Below are positions 28,410 to 38,740 of a stretch of 48,897 bases of DNA, piece after piece. Positions within the stretch are counted from its first letter, which is position 1. Each line of letters starts with the position of its first letter. Where the stretch lies: sequence record SRR22947725_1116; one strand, given 5' to 3'. The translations under genes were made by a program, and so were the position numbers. Below the pieces are notes generated by a model. That model was not told the DNA's origin. It searched no databases and saw only the letters and a program-made list of their open reading frames with translations.

Positions 28410-29477
28410 CTACATGTTATCAAGGATAGCTTTTTTTACTTCATCTAATGTTGGGTTGATATTAATCATTGCCCCTGTGTCACATTGAGAGATTGCTGTA
28501 TCTGGATCCTTCAGGCCATGTCCTGTCAACGTACATATAACGCTTGAGTTATCAGGAATTTTTCCAGATTTAATATCTCTTAATGCTCCTGCCACTGAGA
28601 TAGCTGAAGCAGGCTCACAAAAAATTCCTTCCTTTTCAGTTAATAATTTTTGAGTGGCTAGAATCTCTTTATCAGAAAATGAATCAAACCAACCGTTTGA
28701 CTCTTTGCTTAGTTTGAGCGCTTGATCCCAACTTTGAGGGTTACCAATTCTAATTGCAGTTGCAATTGTTTCAGGTTTTTCAACCCTAGAGCCTTTGATA
28801 AACGGCGCAGCACCCTCTGCTTGATAGCCAAGCATTGTAGGGGTTGAGGAGGCTTTTCCAGCTTCAAAATATTCTGTATAACCCATCCAGTGTGCCGTTA
28901 TGTTTCCTGCATTACCTACAGGTAGACAATGAAAATCTGGAGCATGACCGAGCTCTTCAATGATTTCAAATGCTGCCGTTTTTTGACCTTGAAGCCTGAA
29001 AGGATTGATTGAGTTTACGATGGACACTGGTGCGAATTCAGCTACCTCTTTAACAAGCTGCATTCCGTCATCAAAGTTACCTTTAATCTGAATAATGGTT
29101 GAGCCGTGGATCATGGCTTGCGCGAGCTTACCTAAAGCAATCTTCCCCTCAGGTATGACAACAAAAGCTTTAATTCCGGCTCTTGCAGCATAAGCGGCTG
29201 CAGCGGCAGAGGTATTTCCAGTTGAGGCACAAATGATCGCTTTGGAGCCACTCTCAACGGCTTTAGTGACTGCCATAGTCATGCCTCGATCCTTGAAAGA
29301 GCCAGTAGGATTTAACCCTTCATACTTGATATAGAGCTCAACCTGAGTTCCCATTTCGCATGGAATGTTTTCCAGTTTTATTAGTGGGGTGTTACCCTCA
29401 CCTAGGCTTATCAGACGAGTCTTTTCACCAACAGGTAGTCTGTCTCTATATTTCTCAATTAATCCTGTGTATCTCAT
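28410..29477 (-). CDS. thrC: Threonine synthase
   Basis: EGLNPTGSFKDRG, CASTGNTS, PVGNAGN, ATAIRIGNP, TGHGLKDP; directly downstream of hom. Confidence 0.96.
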   Translation of the reverse strand: MRYTGLIEKYRDRLPVGEKTRLISLGEGNTPLIKLENIPCEMGTQVELYIKYEGLNPTGSFKDRGMTMAVTKAVESGSKAIICASTGNTSAAAAAYAARAGIKAFVVIPEGKIALGKLAQAMIHGSTIIQIKGNFDDGMQLVKEVAEFAPVSIVNSINPFRLQGQKTAAFEIIEELGHAPDFHCLPVGNAGNITAHWMGYTEYFEAGKASSTPTMLGYQAEGAAPFIKGSRVEKPETIATAIRIGNPQSWDQALKLSKESNGWFDSFSDKEILATQKLLTEKEGIFCEPASAISVAGALRDIKSGKIPDNSSVICTLTGHGLKDPDTAISQCDTGAMININPTLDEVKKAILDNM

Positions 29478-29490
29478 AATTATTAATAGT

Positions 29491-30768
29491 TTAGTCTAGT
29501 AGTTCAATATGAATGAGCTGGACTTCAGCTTGGTTGAAGTCACTTGCTTCAATTGCTTTCTTAATATTCATCACTGTCTTAGTGCTGACTCTGTCAGTTG
29601 TTATTGCAATATGCGCATTTTTATTCTCATCAACTTGTTTTTGAATTAGGGCTTCGATACTGACATTGTGATCGTTAAAAATTCCTGTTACTTTTGAAAG
29701 AACACCCTTAATATCAGACACTAGTAACCTTAAAAAGAATTCACTAACTATTGCGTCGTTATCAACTACATTGATCTTTTCTTGAGATTTCCATCCTAAT
29801 ATGTGGTTGCTGGTTTGATTATTGATAATATCATTCAAGTCAGCGATGACAGCAGATGCAGTAGCTTCGTCACCAGCACCAGCGCCATAATATAGGCTCG
29901 TGCCGAGCGCGTCACTCTTAACCATGACAGCGTTCATGACGCCATCCACCTGTGCAATTAATTGGCTGTTAGAAACCAGGGTTGGATGAACACGAAGTTC
30001 TATACCATCTTCCACTCTTTTTGCAATTCCAAGATGTTTTATTGTGTAACCCAACTCTGTTGCATGGAGGATATCTTCCGTTGTAATTTTGCTAATACCT
30101 TGCGTATAGACTTTACTGAATTGAATTTCTGTTCCAAAAGCAATTGCCGCAAGAATTGAGAGTTTGTGTGCAGCGTCGATTCCTTCAATATCAAAGGTAG
30201 GGTCTTCTTCTGCATAGCCAAGAGCCTGTGCTTCTTTTAATACATCATCAAAGTCTCTACCCTTTTCCTTCATGTCGGTTAGGATGAAGTTTCCAGTTCC
30301 ATTAATAATACCTGCCACTGATTCAATGTTATTAGCGCTTAAGCCTTGGCCTAACGCCTTAATGATTGGAATTCCTCCGGCAACTGAGGCTTCAAATAAG
30401 AAGCGAACTTGTTTCTTATTTGCAAGCTTCATTAACTCGTTACCATGATTACCAATGAGTGCTTTATTAGCTGTAATAATATGCTTACCATTGTTGATAG
30501 CCGCCTCAACCAATTCTTTGGCTAGACCGAAACCACCAATAAGCTCCAGAACAACATCAATGTCAGGGTGATTGACAACCTCGAATGGGTCTTCCGTTAA
30601 TTTAATATTAGAGGTGTCACAAATACGTTTTTTTGTTACATCTCGAACACCCGCTATGACGAGCTCTATTTGAACACCAGTGCGCCTTTCTATCGATGCA
30701 CTATTTTTTTGTAACACATTTATAACGCCGCCACCAACTGTCCCGAGACCAAGAATTCCAACTTTCAT
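29491..30768 (-). CDS. hom: Homoserine dehydrogenase (with ACT domain)
   Basis: GLGTVGGG, TANKA, EASVAGGIP, GIINGT, GIDAAHK, GAGAG..ATASAV. Confidence 0.96.
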   Translation of the reverse strand: MKVGILGLGTVGGGVINVLQKNSASIERRTGVQIELVIAGVRDVTKKRICDTSNIKLTEDPFEVVNHPDIDVVLELIGGFGLAKELVEAAINNGKHIITANKALIGNHGNELMKLANKKQVRFLFEASVAGGIPIIKALGQGLSANNIESVAGIINGTGNFILTDMKEKGRDFDDVLKEAQALGYAEEDPTFDIEGIDAAHKLSILAAIAFGTEIQFSKVYTQGISKITTEDILHATELGYTIKHLGIAKRVEDGIELRVHPTLVSNSQLIAQVDGVMNAVMVKSDALGTSLYYGAGAGDEATASAVIADLNDIINNQTSNHILGWKSQEKINVVDNDAIVSEFFLRLLVSDIKGVLSKVTGIFNDHNVSIEALIQKQVDENKNAHIAITTDRVSTKTVMNIKKAIEASDFNQAEVQLIHIELLD

Positions 30769-30790
30769 TATTGTATTTTATAAATTCGAA

Positions 30791-30805
30791 TGCGCCATTA
30801 TACCA
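30791..30805 (-). promoter_or_regulatory. Extended -10 promoter of hom-thrC
   Basis: Minus strand TGGTATAAT followed by GC-rich GGCGCA, about 30 nt before the hom ATG. Confidence 0.6.
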
Positions 30806-30891
30806 AGCAGCGAAATAACTCATCAGAAATCATGTTTAAAAATGTTGCTACAGTAATTGAACTCTGATAACCAACAATTTATTTGAGTCAA

Positions 30892-32346
30892 CTATTTAAG
30901 TCCACCCATACAAATGTACTTAAGTTCCATGAAGTCATCAATACCATAGTGAGAGCCCTCTCTTCCAAGTCCAGATTCTTTCACGCCACCAAATGGAGCT
31001 ACTTCATTAGATATAACGCCTTCATTAATACCCACCATGCCATACTCTAAAGCTTCTGAGACACGCCAAATGCGATTAATATCCGTTGTGTAGAAATAAG
31101 AAGCTAAGCCAAACTCAGTATCGTTTGCAAGTTGGATTGCCTCTCCCTCAGTTTTGAACTTAAAAACGGGTGCGAGAGGTCCAAAAGTCTCCTCTGAAGC
31201 CATTTTCATTGAGGCGTTTACGTTTCCAATTACGGTTGGCTCAAACATAGTGCCGCCATTCTTATGAGGCCTTCCGCCAGCAACAATGACAGCGCCACGA
31301 TCCACTGCATCTGCTAAATGATCTTTAACTTTGTCAAGTGCTTTAAAGCTAATAAGAGGGCCCTGATTAACGCCGTCATCCATTCCATTGCCAACGTTAA
31401 GTGTTTTTACGGCTTCTCCCAGTTTTTCAACGAACTGATCATAAATACCTTCTTGAACAATAAAGCGATTTGTGCAAACACAGGTCTGTCCAGTGTTTCT
31501 AAATTTTGAGATGAGCGCGCCGGCAACCGCTGAATCTAAATCAGCATCATCAAAAACGATAAATGGAGCATTGCCTCCAAGCTCCATTGAAACCTTTTTC
31601 ATAGTATCAGCACAGTCACGCGTTAAGATTTTTCCAACAGCTGTAGATCCGGTAAATGATAGTTTTCGAACAATCGGACTATCAGTTAAAGCCTTTCCAA
31701 TTTCACTCGACTGAGTCCCAACCACAACATTTAAAATACCACTAGGGATTCCAGCTTGCTCAGCCAGTTCAGCAATTGCAAGCGCTGATAATGGGGTCTC
31801 TGCAGCCGGTTTAATGACCACTGGGCAACCTGCAGCTAAGGCAGGAGCACACTTTCTAGTGATCATTGCAATTGGGAAATTCCATGGCGTTATTGATGCA
31901 ACAACACCAATAGGCTGCTTGATAACTAAAATTCTTCTGTCATTTGATGGAGTCGGGATAATGTCTCCATAGGTTCTTTTTCCTTCTTCTGCGAACCATT
32001 CAATGAATGATGCGCCATAACCGACTTCTCCTCTTGCTTCAGCAATTGGCTTGCCTTGTTCGGCTGTCATTAATATAGCAAGGTCTTCTTGGTTTGCCAT
32101 AATCAGATCAAACCACTTTTTGAGGATAATTGCTCTCTCTTTGGCAGTTCTACCTCTCCAATCTGGCCAGGCCTCGTTGGCAGCATTGATGGCTTCATCG
32201 GTCTCTTTCTTGCCCATATCAGGAAGAGTGCTTATGACTTCATTGGTGTAGGCATTTGTAACATCAAAGCGAGAATCTGCATCATCGCCAACCCATTTTC
32301 CATTGACATAACCGTGCTCTTTCAAAAGACTAGAGTTTGTTAACAT
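30892..32346 (-). CDS. gabD: NAD(P)-dependent succinate/glutarate-semialdehyde dehydrogenase
   Basis: ITPWNFP, FTGST, MELGGNAP, FRNTGQTCVC, EETFGP, PFGGVKESGLGREGS. Confidence 0.93.
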   Translation of the reverse strand: MLTNSSLLKEHGYVNGKWVGDDADSRFDVTNAYTNEVISTLPDMGKKETDEAINAANEAWPDWRGRTAKERAIILKKWFDLIMANQEDLAILMTAEQGKPIAEARGEVGYGASFIEWFAEEGKRTYGDIIPTPSNDRRILVIKQPIGVVASITPWNFPIAMITRKCAPALAAGCPVVIKPAAETPLSALAIAELAEQAGIPSGILNVVVGTQSSEIGKALTDSPIVRKLSFTGSTAVGKILTRDCADTMKKVSMELGGNAPFIVFDDADLDSAVAGALISKFRNTGQTCVCTNRFIVQEGIYDQFVEKLGEAVKTLNVGNGMDDGVNQGPLISFKALDKVKDHLADAVDRGAVIVAGGRPHKNGGTMFEPTVIGNVNASMKMASEETFGPLAPVFKFKTEGEAIQLANDTEFGLASYFYTTDINRIWRVSEALEYGMVGINEGVISNEVAPFGGVKESGLGREGSHYGIDDFMELKYICMGGLK

Positions 32347-32422
32347 AATTTATCCTAATCGCTGAATTATTTAAAGAAGCTAATTATAAAGTCCTATTCA
32401 CTAAATGTGTATAGCAAACTTA

Positions 32423-33217
32423 TTAGACTTTTATGACGTTTTGCTTTTGCCTTCTTCCAATGATGGATGCACTGATAACGCCAAGCGTAACGAGACCCAC
32501 AAGAATAGTTGAAACTGCATTGATTTCAGGTGTAACCCCAAGTCTTACCATTGAGTAAATCTTCATAGGAAGTGTGGTTGATCCTGGGCCAGAGGTAAAA
32601 CTTGCAATGACTAAATCATCAAGCGATAAGGTGAAAGATAAAAGCCATCCAGCAACAACTGCAGGAAGAATAATGGGAAGAGTGATCAAGATAAAGGTTC
32701 GAAAAGGAGTACAGCCTAAGTCAAGTGCAGCCTCTGTAATGCTGTCATCATAGCTAGACATTCTGGACTGGATGACAACAGCTACATAGCACATTGAAAA
32801 AGTGATGTGTGCAAGTGTGACTGTCATTACGCCTCTATCAACTGCTAAAGCAACAAACATCAGTAGAGTTGAAAGTCCAATAATGACCTCTGGCATAACC
32901 ATTGGAGCGTAGATCATCCCTGAAAAAAGTGTGCGACCCCTAAAATGGCCAAAACGCGTCATGACTAGGCCTGCAATAGTTCCAAGGATGGTTGCAATAG
33001 TTGATGAGACAAATGCGACCTTGATTGTTACCCAGGCTGCATCTTTTATCCCTTGATTCTGCATCAGCTCGCCATACCACTTTGTAGAAAATCCACCCCA
33101 GACAGTAACCAAGCGTGACTCATTAAAGCTAAATAAGATAAGCAGAATGATGGGTATGTATAAGAACGAAAACCCAATTACCAAAGCTAAAATGTTGAAG
33201 TTTCCAAACTTTTTCAT
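32423..33217 (-). CDS. potI: Putrescine ABC transporter permease PotI
   Basis: FSFLYIPI, SFNESRLVTVWGGFSTKWY, VMPEVI, EAALDLG, FTLSLDD. Start at ATG 33217, overlapping the potH stop. Confidence 0.92.
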   Translation of the reverse strand: MKKFGNFNILALVIGFSFLYIPIILLILFSFNESRLVTVWGGFSTKWYGELMQNQGIKDAAWVTIKVAFVSSTIATILGTIAGLVMTRFGHFRGRTLFSGMIYAPMVMPEVIIGLSTLLMFVALAVDRGVMTVTLAHITFSMCYVAVVIQSRMSSYDDSITEAALDLGCTPFRTFILITLPIILPAVVAGWLLSFTLSLDDLVIASFTSGPGSTTLPMKIYSMVRLGVTPEINAVSTILVGLVTLGVISASIIGRRQKQNVIKV

Positions 33218-34128
33218 GAGATAGCCTTTTCTTGAGATCTTTGATAAAGCATAATTGGAACCACAAGCAAGGCTAGTAATATGATTGCAACGGCTGATGC
33301 AACTGGCCAATCGCGATTATAAAAGAACTCAGTCCAAAGCACTTTTCCAATCATAAGGGTCTCAGAGCCCCCTAGTAAATCTGGAATGACAAATTCACCC
33401 ATGACAGGAATAAAGACTAAAAAGCAGCCTGCTAAAATGCCTGGAAGAGAGAGCGGAACAGTGACTGTCCAAAAAGTTTTAAAAGGCCTACACCCAAGAT
33501 CAGCTGCAGCCTCTAATAGACTCATATCCATTTTTTCTAAATTAGCATAGAGTGGCAAAATCATAAATGGAAGATACGAGTAAACAATACCAATGTAAAC
33601 GGCAAGGTCAGTGTTCATAATAATTAAAGGTTTTTCGATGAGCCCAATGGTCATCAAGGCCAAATTTAATAAACCCTCTGTTTTCAAAATACCAATCCAA
33701 GCGTAGACCCTGATGAGGAATGAGGTCCAGAATGGAAGAATGACAAGCATTAACAGTATTCCCCTCCAACGCGTTGGCGCTCTTGCCACGCTGTATGCAA
33801 TTGAATATCCAATGATGAGAGTAAGAATTGTTGAAATGACGGCAATTTTCAGACTAGATAGGTATGCCTTAATATAAAGAGAGTCACTGAAAAGAAATAA
33901 ATAACTCTCAAGACTTGCTTGGACTGATGGAAGCCAAGAATCTCCCCAATCCAGAAGCGAAGTGTAGGGCGGTATAGCCATAATCGGTTCAGCAAGGCTG
34001 ATCTTAAGAACAAAGATAAAGGGGAGAAGGAAAAACAATAAAAGCCATACATAGGGGATTGCTATGACTGCAAGTCTGCCACTCAGTAAGGATTTGAAGG
34101 GACTTGATATTTTTTGCTTGTTTTTCAT
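33214..34128 (-). CDS. potH: Putrescine ABC transporter permease PotH
   Basis: IPYVWLLLFFLLPF, LPFWTSFLIRVYAW, EAAADLG, NRDWPVASA. Start at ATG 34128. Confidence 0.92.
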   Translation of the reverse strand: MKNKQKISSPFKSLLSGRLAVIAIPYVWLLLFFLLPFIFVLKISLAEPIMAIPPYTSLLDWGDSWLPSVQASLESYLFLFSDSLYIKAYLSSLKIAVISTILTLIIGYSIAYSVARAPTRWRGILLMLVILPFWTSFLIRVYAWIGILKTEGLLNLALMTIGLIEKPLIIMNTDLAVYIGIVYSYLPFMILPLYANLEKMDMSLLEAAADLGCRPFKTFWTVTVPLSLPGILAGCFLVFIPVMGEFVIPDLLGGSETLMIGKVLWTEFFYNRDWPVASAVAIILLALLVVPIMLYQRSQEKAIS

Positions 34129-34133
34129 GATGG

Positions 34134-35264
34134 TTACGACAGAAGCACGACCGCTGAGTGAGGTGCCCATTGTAAATAAACCTCATCTTCCCAGGTTAGA
34201 TGGTGTTCTTCAGTTCTTTCACGATTTGCCCGAATTGCTTTGAGAATTCTTCCATTATCAAGCCTGACATGATAAGTTGAAAAGCTACCACCATAGGCAA
34301 TATCCTCAATTTTTCCTTTTAATATATTGTGATTATCGGACGGCTTCTTTTTAGAGATTTCAAGCTTTTCAGGCCTAATTGCAAACCACATCATATCTCC
34401 AGGAGATGCATCAACCTCCTGCGTTGCAAAAACAATGGATTTAGAGTCCTCAGATTCTAGTTGAGTACCAGTTTCATTTTGGCCTTTATAGACACCTTGT
34501 AATATATTGACATCCCCGATAAAGTCTGCAACATCCTTGTTGATTGGCGCCTCATAAATTTCAGTAGGTGTTGCTACCTGGACTAGGTTTCCTGAGTCCA
34601 TCACCCCAATCCGACTGGAAACTGTCATCGCTTCCTCTTGGTCATGAGTCACAATAACAAAGGTGACCTCAAGTTTTTCTTGAATGTCCATGAGTTCGAA
34701 TTGTGTTTGCTCTCTGAGCCTTTTATCAAGTGCTCCAAGAGGCTCATCAAGAAGTAATAGTTTTGGTCGTTTAGCAAGGCTTCTAGCTAAAGCAACGCGC
34801 TGACTTTGACCACCAGAAAGTTGATTGGGTTTGCGTTTAGCAAAATCTGTCAGCTCGACCAGCTCAAGCATTTCTTCAACCCTTTTCCTGATTTCATTTT
34901 CCGGAAGGTTGTCTTGCTTCAAGCCAAAGGCAATATTTTTTTCGACTGTCATATGCGGAAAAAGGGCATAGGACTGAAACATCATATTAATCGGTCTGAG
35001 GTGAGGCGGTATTTCTGAGATGTCCTCACCATCTAGAAGAATTCTTCCATCAGTTATTTTCTCAAACCCTGCTAGCATTCTAAGAAGAGTTGTTTTGCCG
35101 CAGCCAGAGGGCCCTAATAAAGAGAAAAACTCATTCTTGTATATATCAAGGTTAAGGTTATCAATAGCGGTAAAGTCGCCGAATTTTTTAGTGACATTTT
35201 CTATTTGAATGTAGGGCTTTTCAGACGAATTGAGCCATGGTGAAGCTGATAGTGTTTCAGACAT
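34134..35264 (-). CDS. potG: Putrescine ABC transporter ATP-binding protein PotG
   Basis: GPSGCGKTT, NMMFQSYALFPH, SLAKRPKLLLLDEP, VTHDQEEAM, TOBE-like tail. Confidence 0.93.
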   Translation of the reverse strand: MSETLSASPWLNSSEKPYIQIENVTKKFGDFTAIDNLNLDIYKNEFFSLLGPSGCGKTTLLRMLAGFEKITDGRILLDGEDISEIPPHLRPINMMFQSYALFPHMTVEKNIAFGLKQDNLPENEIRKRVEEMLELVELTDFAKRKPNQLSGGQSQRVALARSLAKRPKLLLLDEPLGALDKRLREQTQFELMDIQEKLEVTFVIVTHDQEEAMTVSSRIGVMDSGNLVQVATPTEIYEAPINKDVADFIGDVNILQGVYKGQNETGTQLESEDSKSIVFATQEVDASPGDMMWFAIRPEKLEISKKKPSDNHNILKGKIEDIAYGGSFSTYHVRLDNGRILKAIRANRERTEEHHLTWEDEVYLQWAPHSAVVLLS

Positions 35265-35271
35265 AATTTAA

Positions 35272-35315
35272 ATTTAAGAAGAAATAACCTTCATGATGCA
35301 GTGCATCATGAAGGT
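35272..35315 (-). terminator. Stem-loop between potF and potG
   Basis: ACCTTCATGATGCA-G-TGCATCATGAAGGT (14-bp arms, 35287-35315), followed on the minus strand by TATTTCTTCTT. Confidence 0.75.
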
Positions 35316-35330
35316 AGTGTGGAACTATTA

Positions 35331-36422
35331 CTATTGGCCAGTAGTGACCTTAGTCCAAGTTCTAGTAATCACTCTTTGTGATTTTGCATCATAGGTCGGG
35401 CTAATGTAAAGGCCTGCCATGACTTCAGGTGTTGGATAGACAGCAGGATCATTCAACAGATCTTCTTCTAGTAACGGCTGTGATGCTAAGTTACCATTTG
35501 CATACCAAACATAGTTTGTTGCAGTCGCAATCTGCTCAGGATCCATTATCCAGTTGATGTACTTATGAGCATTAGCAGTATTTGGGGCATCCTTAGGAAC
35601 AGCTAATTGGTCAAACCACATTAGTGCACCTTCTTCAGGGATTGCATAGACAATCTCGACACCATTTTCTGCATCCCACGCCGCATATTGAGCCATAAAT
35701 ATATCACCTGACCAACCAACTACAAGACAGATATCTCCATTTGCTAGAGCATCAATATATTGAGATGAATGGAATTTCTGGATGTGCGGTCGAACTGCAG
35801 TCAATACAGCCTCTGCTTTCGCTATGACATCCTTATCAGTACTTCTTGGATCTTCACCGAGATAGGCAAGGGCTGCAGGAATGATTTCAGTCGGCGCATT
35901 CAGTAAGTGAACTCCACAGTCTGCAAATTTAGATACAACATCTGGATCAAAAACCATCGCTAAAGATGATGTAGGAGCATCCTCCATCCTCTCACTGATC
36001 ATTCCTTCGTTGTAACCAATTCCTGTTGTTCCCCACATGTAGTTAACTGAGTAGTCATTCAGAGGGCCAAATTGTGCCACTTGCTCTTCAATGTCACTCC
36101 ACATATTACCAATATTTGATAATTTTGACTTATCAAGTTTTTGAAAAACACCAGCTTGAATTTGTCGTGCTAAGAAACTGCTTGATGGCACTACAACATC
36201 GTATCCTGAGCCACCAGCTAGCAGCTTAGCTTCAAGAACTTCGTTAGAATCGAATACGTCATAGACAACTTTAATACCTGTTGCTGCAGTGAAGTCCTCG
36301 TTAACTTGCTCATCAATATAATCTGACCAGTTTAAAACGTTAACCACTTCTTCTGCAATAACCGCTTGAGCTGAAAACGTGAGTGCTCCAGCTATGAGCA
36401 GCTTGTTTATCTTATTTTTCAT
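35331..36422 (-). CDS. potF: Putrescine ABC transporter substrate-binding protein PotF/SpuD
   Basis: NWSDYI, YDVFDSNEVLEAKLL.G.SGYDVVVPS, YMWGTTGIGYN, FHSSQYI.ALANGDIC; AAGGAG SD. Confidence 0.94.
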   Translation of the reverse strand: MKNKINKLLIAGALTFSAQAVIAEEVVNVLNWSDYIDEQVNEDFTAATGIKVVYDVFDSNEVLEAKLLAGGSGYDVVVPSSSFLARQIQAGVFQKLDKSKLSNIGNMWSDIEEQVAQFGPLNDYSVNYMWGTTGIGYNEGMISERMEDAPTSSLAMVFDPDVVSKFADCGVHLLNAPTEIIPAALAYLGEDPRSTDKDVIAKAEAVLTAVRPHIQKFHSSQYIDALANGDICLVVGWSGDIFMAQYAAWDAENGVEIVYAIPEEGALMWFDQLAVPKDAPNTANAHKYINWIMDPEQIATATNYVWYANGNLASQPLLEEDLLNDPAVYPTPEVMAGLYISPTYDAKSQRVITRTWTKVTTGQ

Positions 36423-36516
36423 TGTTACTCTCCTTTTATTTTTTACTTTTAAGTTATTGGATTATATTAAATTTTTATATTTAATAATCACCTTTTTTTA
36501 AAATACAGTCCATTTG

Positions 36517-37875
36517 TCAAAGATGACGCAAATATGAATTGTATTCAAAATCTGTAATTGTGCTATCAAACCTATTGATTTCAGATTCTTTAACAACTTG
36601 ATAAGATTTTTGAAATTGCTCACCAAAAAACTCCTTCACAACTAAAGATTGACTTGTTTTTTTAACGGCCTTCCTCCATGTGATTCCTAATTCAGGCTCA
36701 TGCTGAGCATGAGCATTGCCAATCGTTTCTTTATCGAGCGTATCTTTATTCTGAATTCCTGAAAGAACGCTCGAGAGAATAGAGGCGAAGACAAGATATG
36801 GGTTTGCATCTGCACTCGGTAATCTGAATTCTAATCTCGTTGCGCTTGAAGATGCTTCTGGAAGTCTAATGAGCGAGGTCCTATTTTCATTCCCCCAGCT
36901 CAGAGTCGTTGGTGCATGATCAGCATTGTGAACGAGTCTTCGATATGAATTCGCACTGGGTGCATAAAACGACAGAAAGTCTGGTGTTGTTTTTAATAGA
37001 CCAGCTATTGAGTTTGCAAAGATACCTTTGGGTTGCTTGTCTTTATCAACTTTAAAGACATTATTGCCATCTATATCAACAAGGCTTAGATGAGCATGCA
37101 TCCCATTGCCTGCATGTTCTGAAAATGGTTTTGCCATAAATGTAGCGTTAAGATTAAATTTTTTCGCGCTGTTTTTGACAGAGCGCTTCATTAAGAAGGC
37201 TTGGTCCGCCATTAATAAAGCGTCATCATGATGCAGTAGGTTAATTTCAAACTGTCCAGGAGCACACTCTTTTATAGCAGTTTCAGCAGGTATCCCTAGT
37301 AAGTGTGCACTTTTTTCTACCAGGTCAAAAAACCCTTCGAAGTCATCCATTTCATTTAAATTTAGAAGTTGAACCTCTTCATATCTTCTATTGGTGCCAG
37401 GAATGAGTGGCATTTGGGGATGACCGTTTTTTTGAAGTTTTTGATCAATTAAATAAAACTCCATTTCAGGTGCAATAACTGGCTTAAGTTCTAGCTCTTC
37501 GAAGCGTTTCAAAACTGTGCTGAGGATATGCCTTGGGTCAGCGTAAATAGGATTCCCATCACCATCTTCCATGCTGACCAGGCACTGCGCATTTTTACGA
37601 GAACTCCATGGGGTAATGGCAAGGGAATTCTCAACGACTCTGCATATGGCGTCACCATCACCAGACATAACCAGTCCTGTCCCTTTTGGATTGTCTCCCC
37701 AAACATCGAGAACATAGCTTGAGATAGGCATTTTTAATCCACCTTTGGAGGCTTTAATCAAAGTTTTAGGAGAGGCATTTTTACCTCTAGGAATCCCATT
37801 AAAGTCGACATAGATAAACTCAACTTTCTCAAGATCAGGATTTTCATCAAGAAATTTTTCTGCAAAATTCTTCAT
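36517..37875 (-). CDS. puuA: Glutamine synthetase-like gamma-glutamyl-polyamine synthetase (PuuA/PauA type)
   Basis: DFNGIPRGK, APEMEFYL, E.APGQFEINL.H, ATFMAKP, GNGMH.H.S, WGNENRT, RLEFR..SADANPYL; polyamine gene context. Confidence 0.82.
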   Translation of the reverse strand: MKNFAEKFLDENPDLEKVEFIYVDFNGIPRGKNASPKTLIKASKGGLKMPISSYVLDVWGDNPKGTGLVMSGDGDAICRVVENSLAITPWSSRKNAQCLVSMEDGDGNPIYADPRHILSTVLKRFEELELKPVIAPEMEFYLIDQKLQKNGHPQMPLIPGTNRRYEEVQLLNLNEMDDFEGFFDLVEKSAHLLGIPAETAIKECAPGQFEINLLHHDDALLMADQAFLMKRSVKNSAKKFNLNATFMAKPFSEHAGNGMHAHLSLVDIDGNNVFKVDKDKQPKGIFANSIAGLLKTTPDFLSFYAPSANSYRRLVHNADHAPTTLSWGNENRTSLIRLPEASSSATRLEFRLPSADANPYLVFASILSSVLSGIQNKDTLDKETIGNAHAQHEPELGITWRKAVKKTSQSLVVKEFFGEQFQKSYQVVKESEINRFDSTITDFEYNSYLRHL

Positions 37876-37930
37876 AGATTGTTTTTGAAAATATTATTTG
37901 CTCACATTAAATGTGAGATAATTCTATCAT

Positions 37931-37946
37931 ATTTGTGATCACAAAT
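37931..37946. promoter_or_regulatory. Palindromic operator ATTTGTGATCACAAAT between divergent puuA and the GntR gene
   Basis: Perfect 16-bp palindrome next to a minus-strand extended -10 (TGATAGAAT, 37929-37921); near-identical copy at 38725. Confidence 0.75.
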
Positions 37947-37980
37947 TAATAATATAAATAAAATATTAGAAAAGATTAGT

Positions 37981-38649
37981 ATGGATATTTTATCGAAAGT
38001 TGAGCCAAGGGATTTAAAGCTAAATGCAAATGAATGGGTGTATAACTCTTTATGCCAGTTAATTCTTTCTGGAGAATTTGTTCCTGGTATTTCTTTTACC
38101 TTTAGAGGGATTGCTAATTCATTTGGAGTTAGTACTATGCCTGTGCGTGAGGCTGCAAATAGACTAATTTCAGAGGGTGCTCTTGATATGTCTGAAAAAC
38201 GAAGAATTACTGTATCGCAAATGACTCAATCTAAGTTTGATGAGTTGAAAGTTGCTAGATTAAATTTAGAGCCACATTTAGCAGGTCTTGCTTTAAATCA
38301 TATAAATTCTAAAAGACTTAACCTGCTTATAAATATAGATAAAAATCTTGATTATGCTATCTCGACTGGAAATGTTGTAGACTACATTAAATACAATTAC
38401 CAGTTTCATTTTGGTATTTATGAGGCTGGATCATCACCAGTATTGCTTCCTCTTGTAAGGACTTTATGGCTTCGTTTTTCACCTTTTTATAGAATTGTTG
38501 CAGGAAGAGCAGGGACTCAAACTATGAAAGATTTTCATAAATCAGCTATTGATGCTATTAAAGATAAAGATTCTGTTGCATTGATCAATGCTATGCATAG
38601 CGACATATTAGAAGGAATGGAAATGCTGAATGAATCGCTAAATGAGTAA
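37981..38649 (+). CDS. GntR-family (FCD) transcriptional regulator of the polyamine cluster
   Basis: VY..L...ILSGEF.PG, IA..FGVSTMPVREA..RL..EGAL, NYQFHF.IY. Confidence 0.92.
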   Translation: MDILSKVEPRDLKLNANEWVYNSLCQLILSGEFVPGISFTFRGIANSFGVSTMPVREAANRLISEGALDMSEKRRITVSQMTQSKFDELKVARLNLEPHLAGLALNHINSKRLNLLINIDKNLDYAISTGNVVDYIKYNYQFHFGIYEAGSSPVLLPLVRTLWLRFSPFYRIVAGRAGTQTMKDFHKSAIDAIKDKDSVALINAMHSDILEGMEMLNESLNE

Positions 38650-38694
38650 AAATGATTTAACTTAATTCTATTTGCACATAAGCGTGAAAATTTC

Positions 38695-38740
38695 TTGCGT
38701 TTATTCTCTTTTCTCTATATTATTATCTGTGATCACAAAT
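38695..38740 (+). promoter_or_regulatory. sigma70-like promoter with overlapping operator ATCTGTGATCACAAAT (38725-38740)
   Basis: TTGCGT (38695-38700), 17-nt spacer, TATTAT (38718-38723); operator 15/16 identical to 37931-37946 and covering the predicted +1. Confidence 0.7.

Noticed and set aside
36517-37875. Housekeeping glutamine synthetase glnA
   Set aside because: It lacks the GSI-type N-terminal FDGSS motif and sits inside a polyamine cluster; a PuuA/PauA-like ligase fits better.
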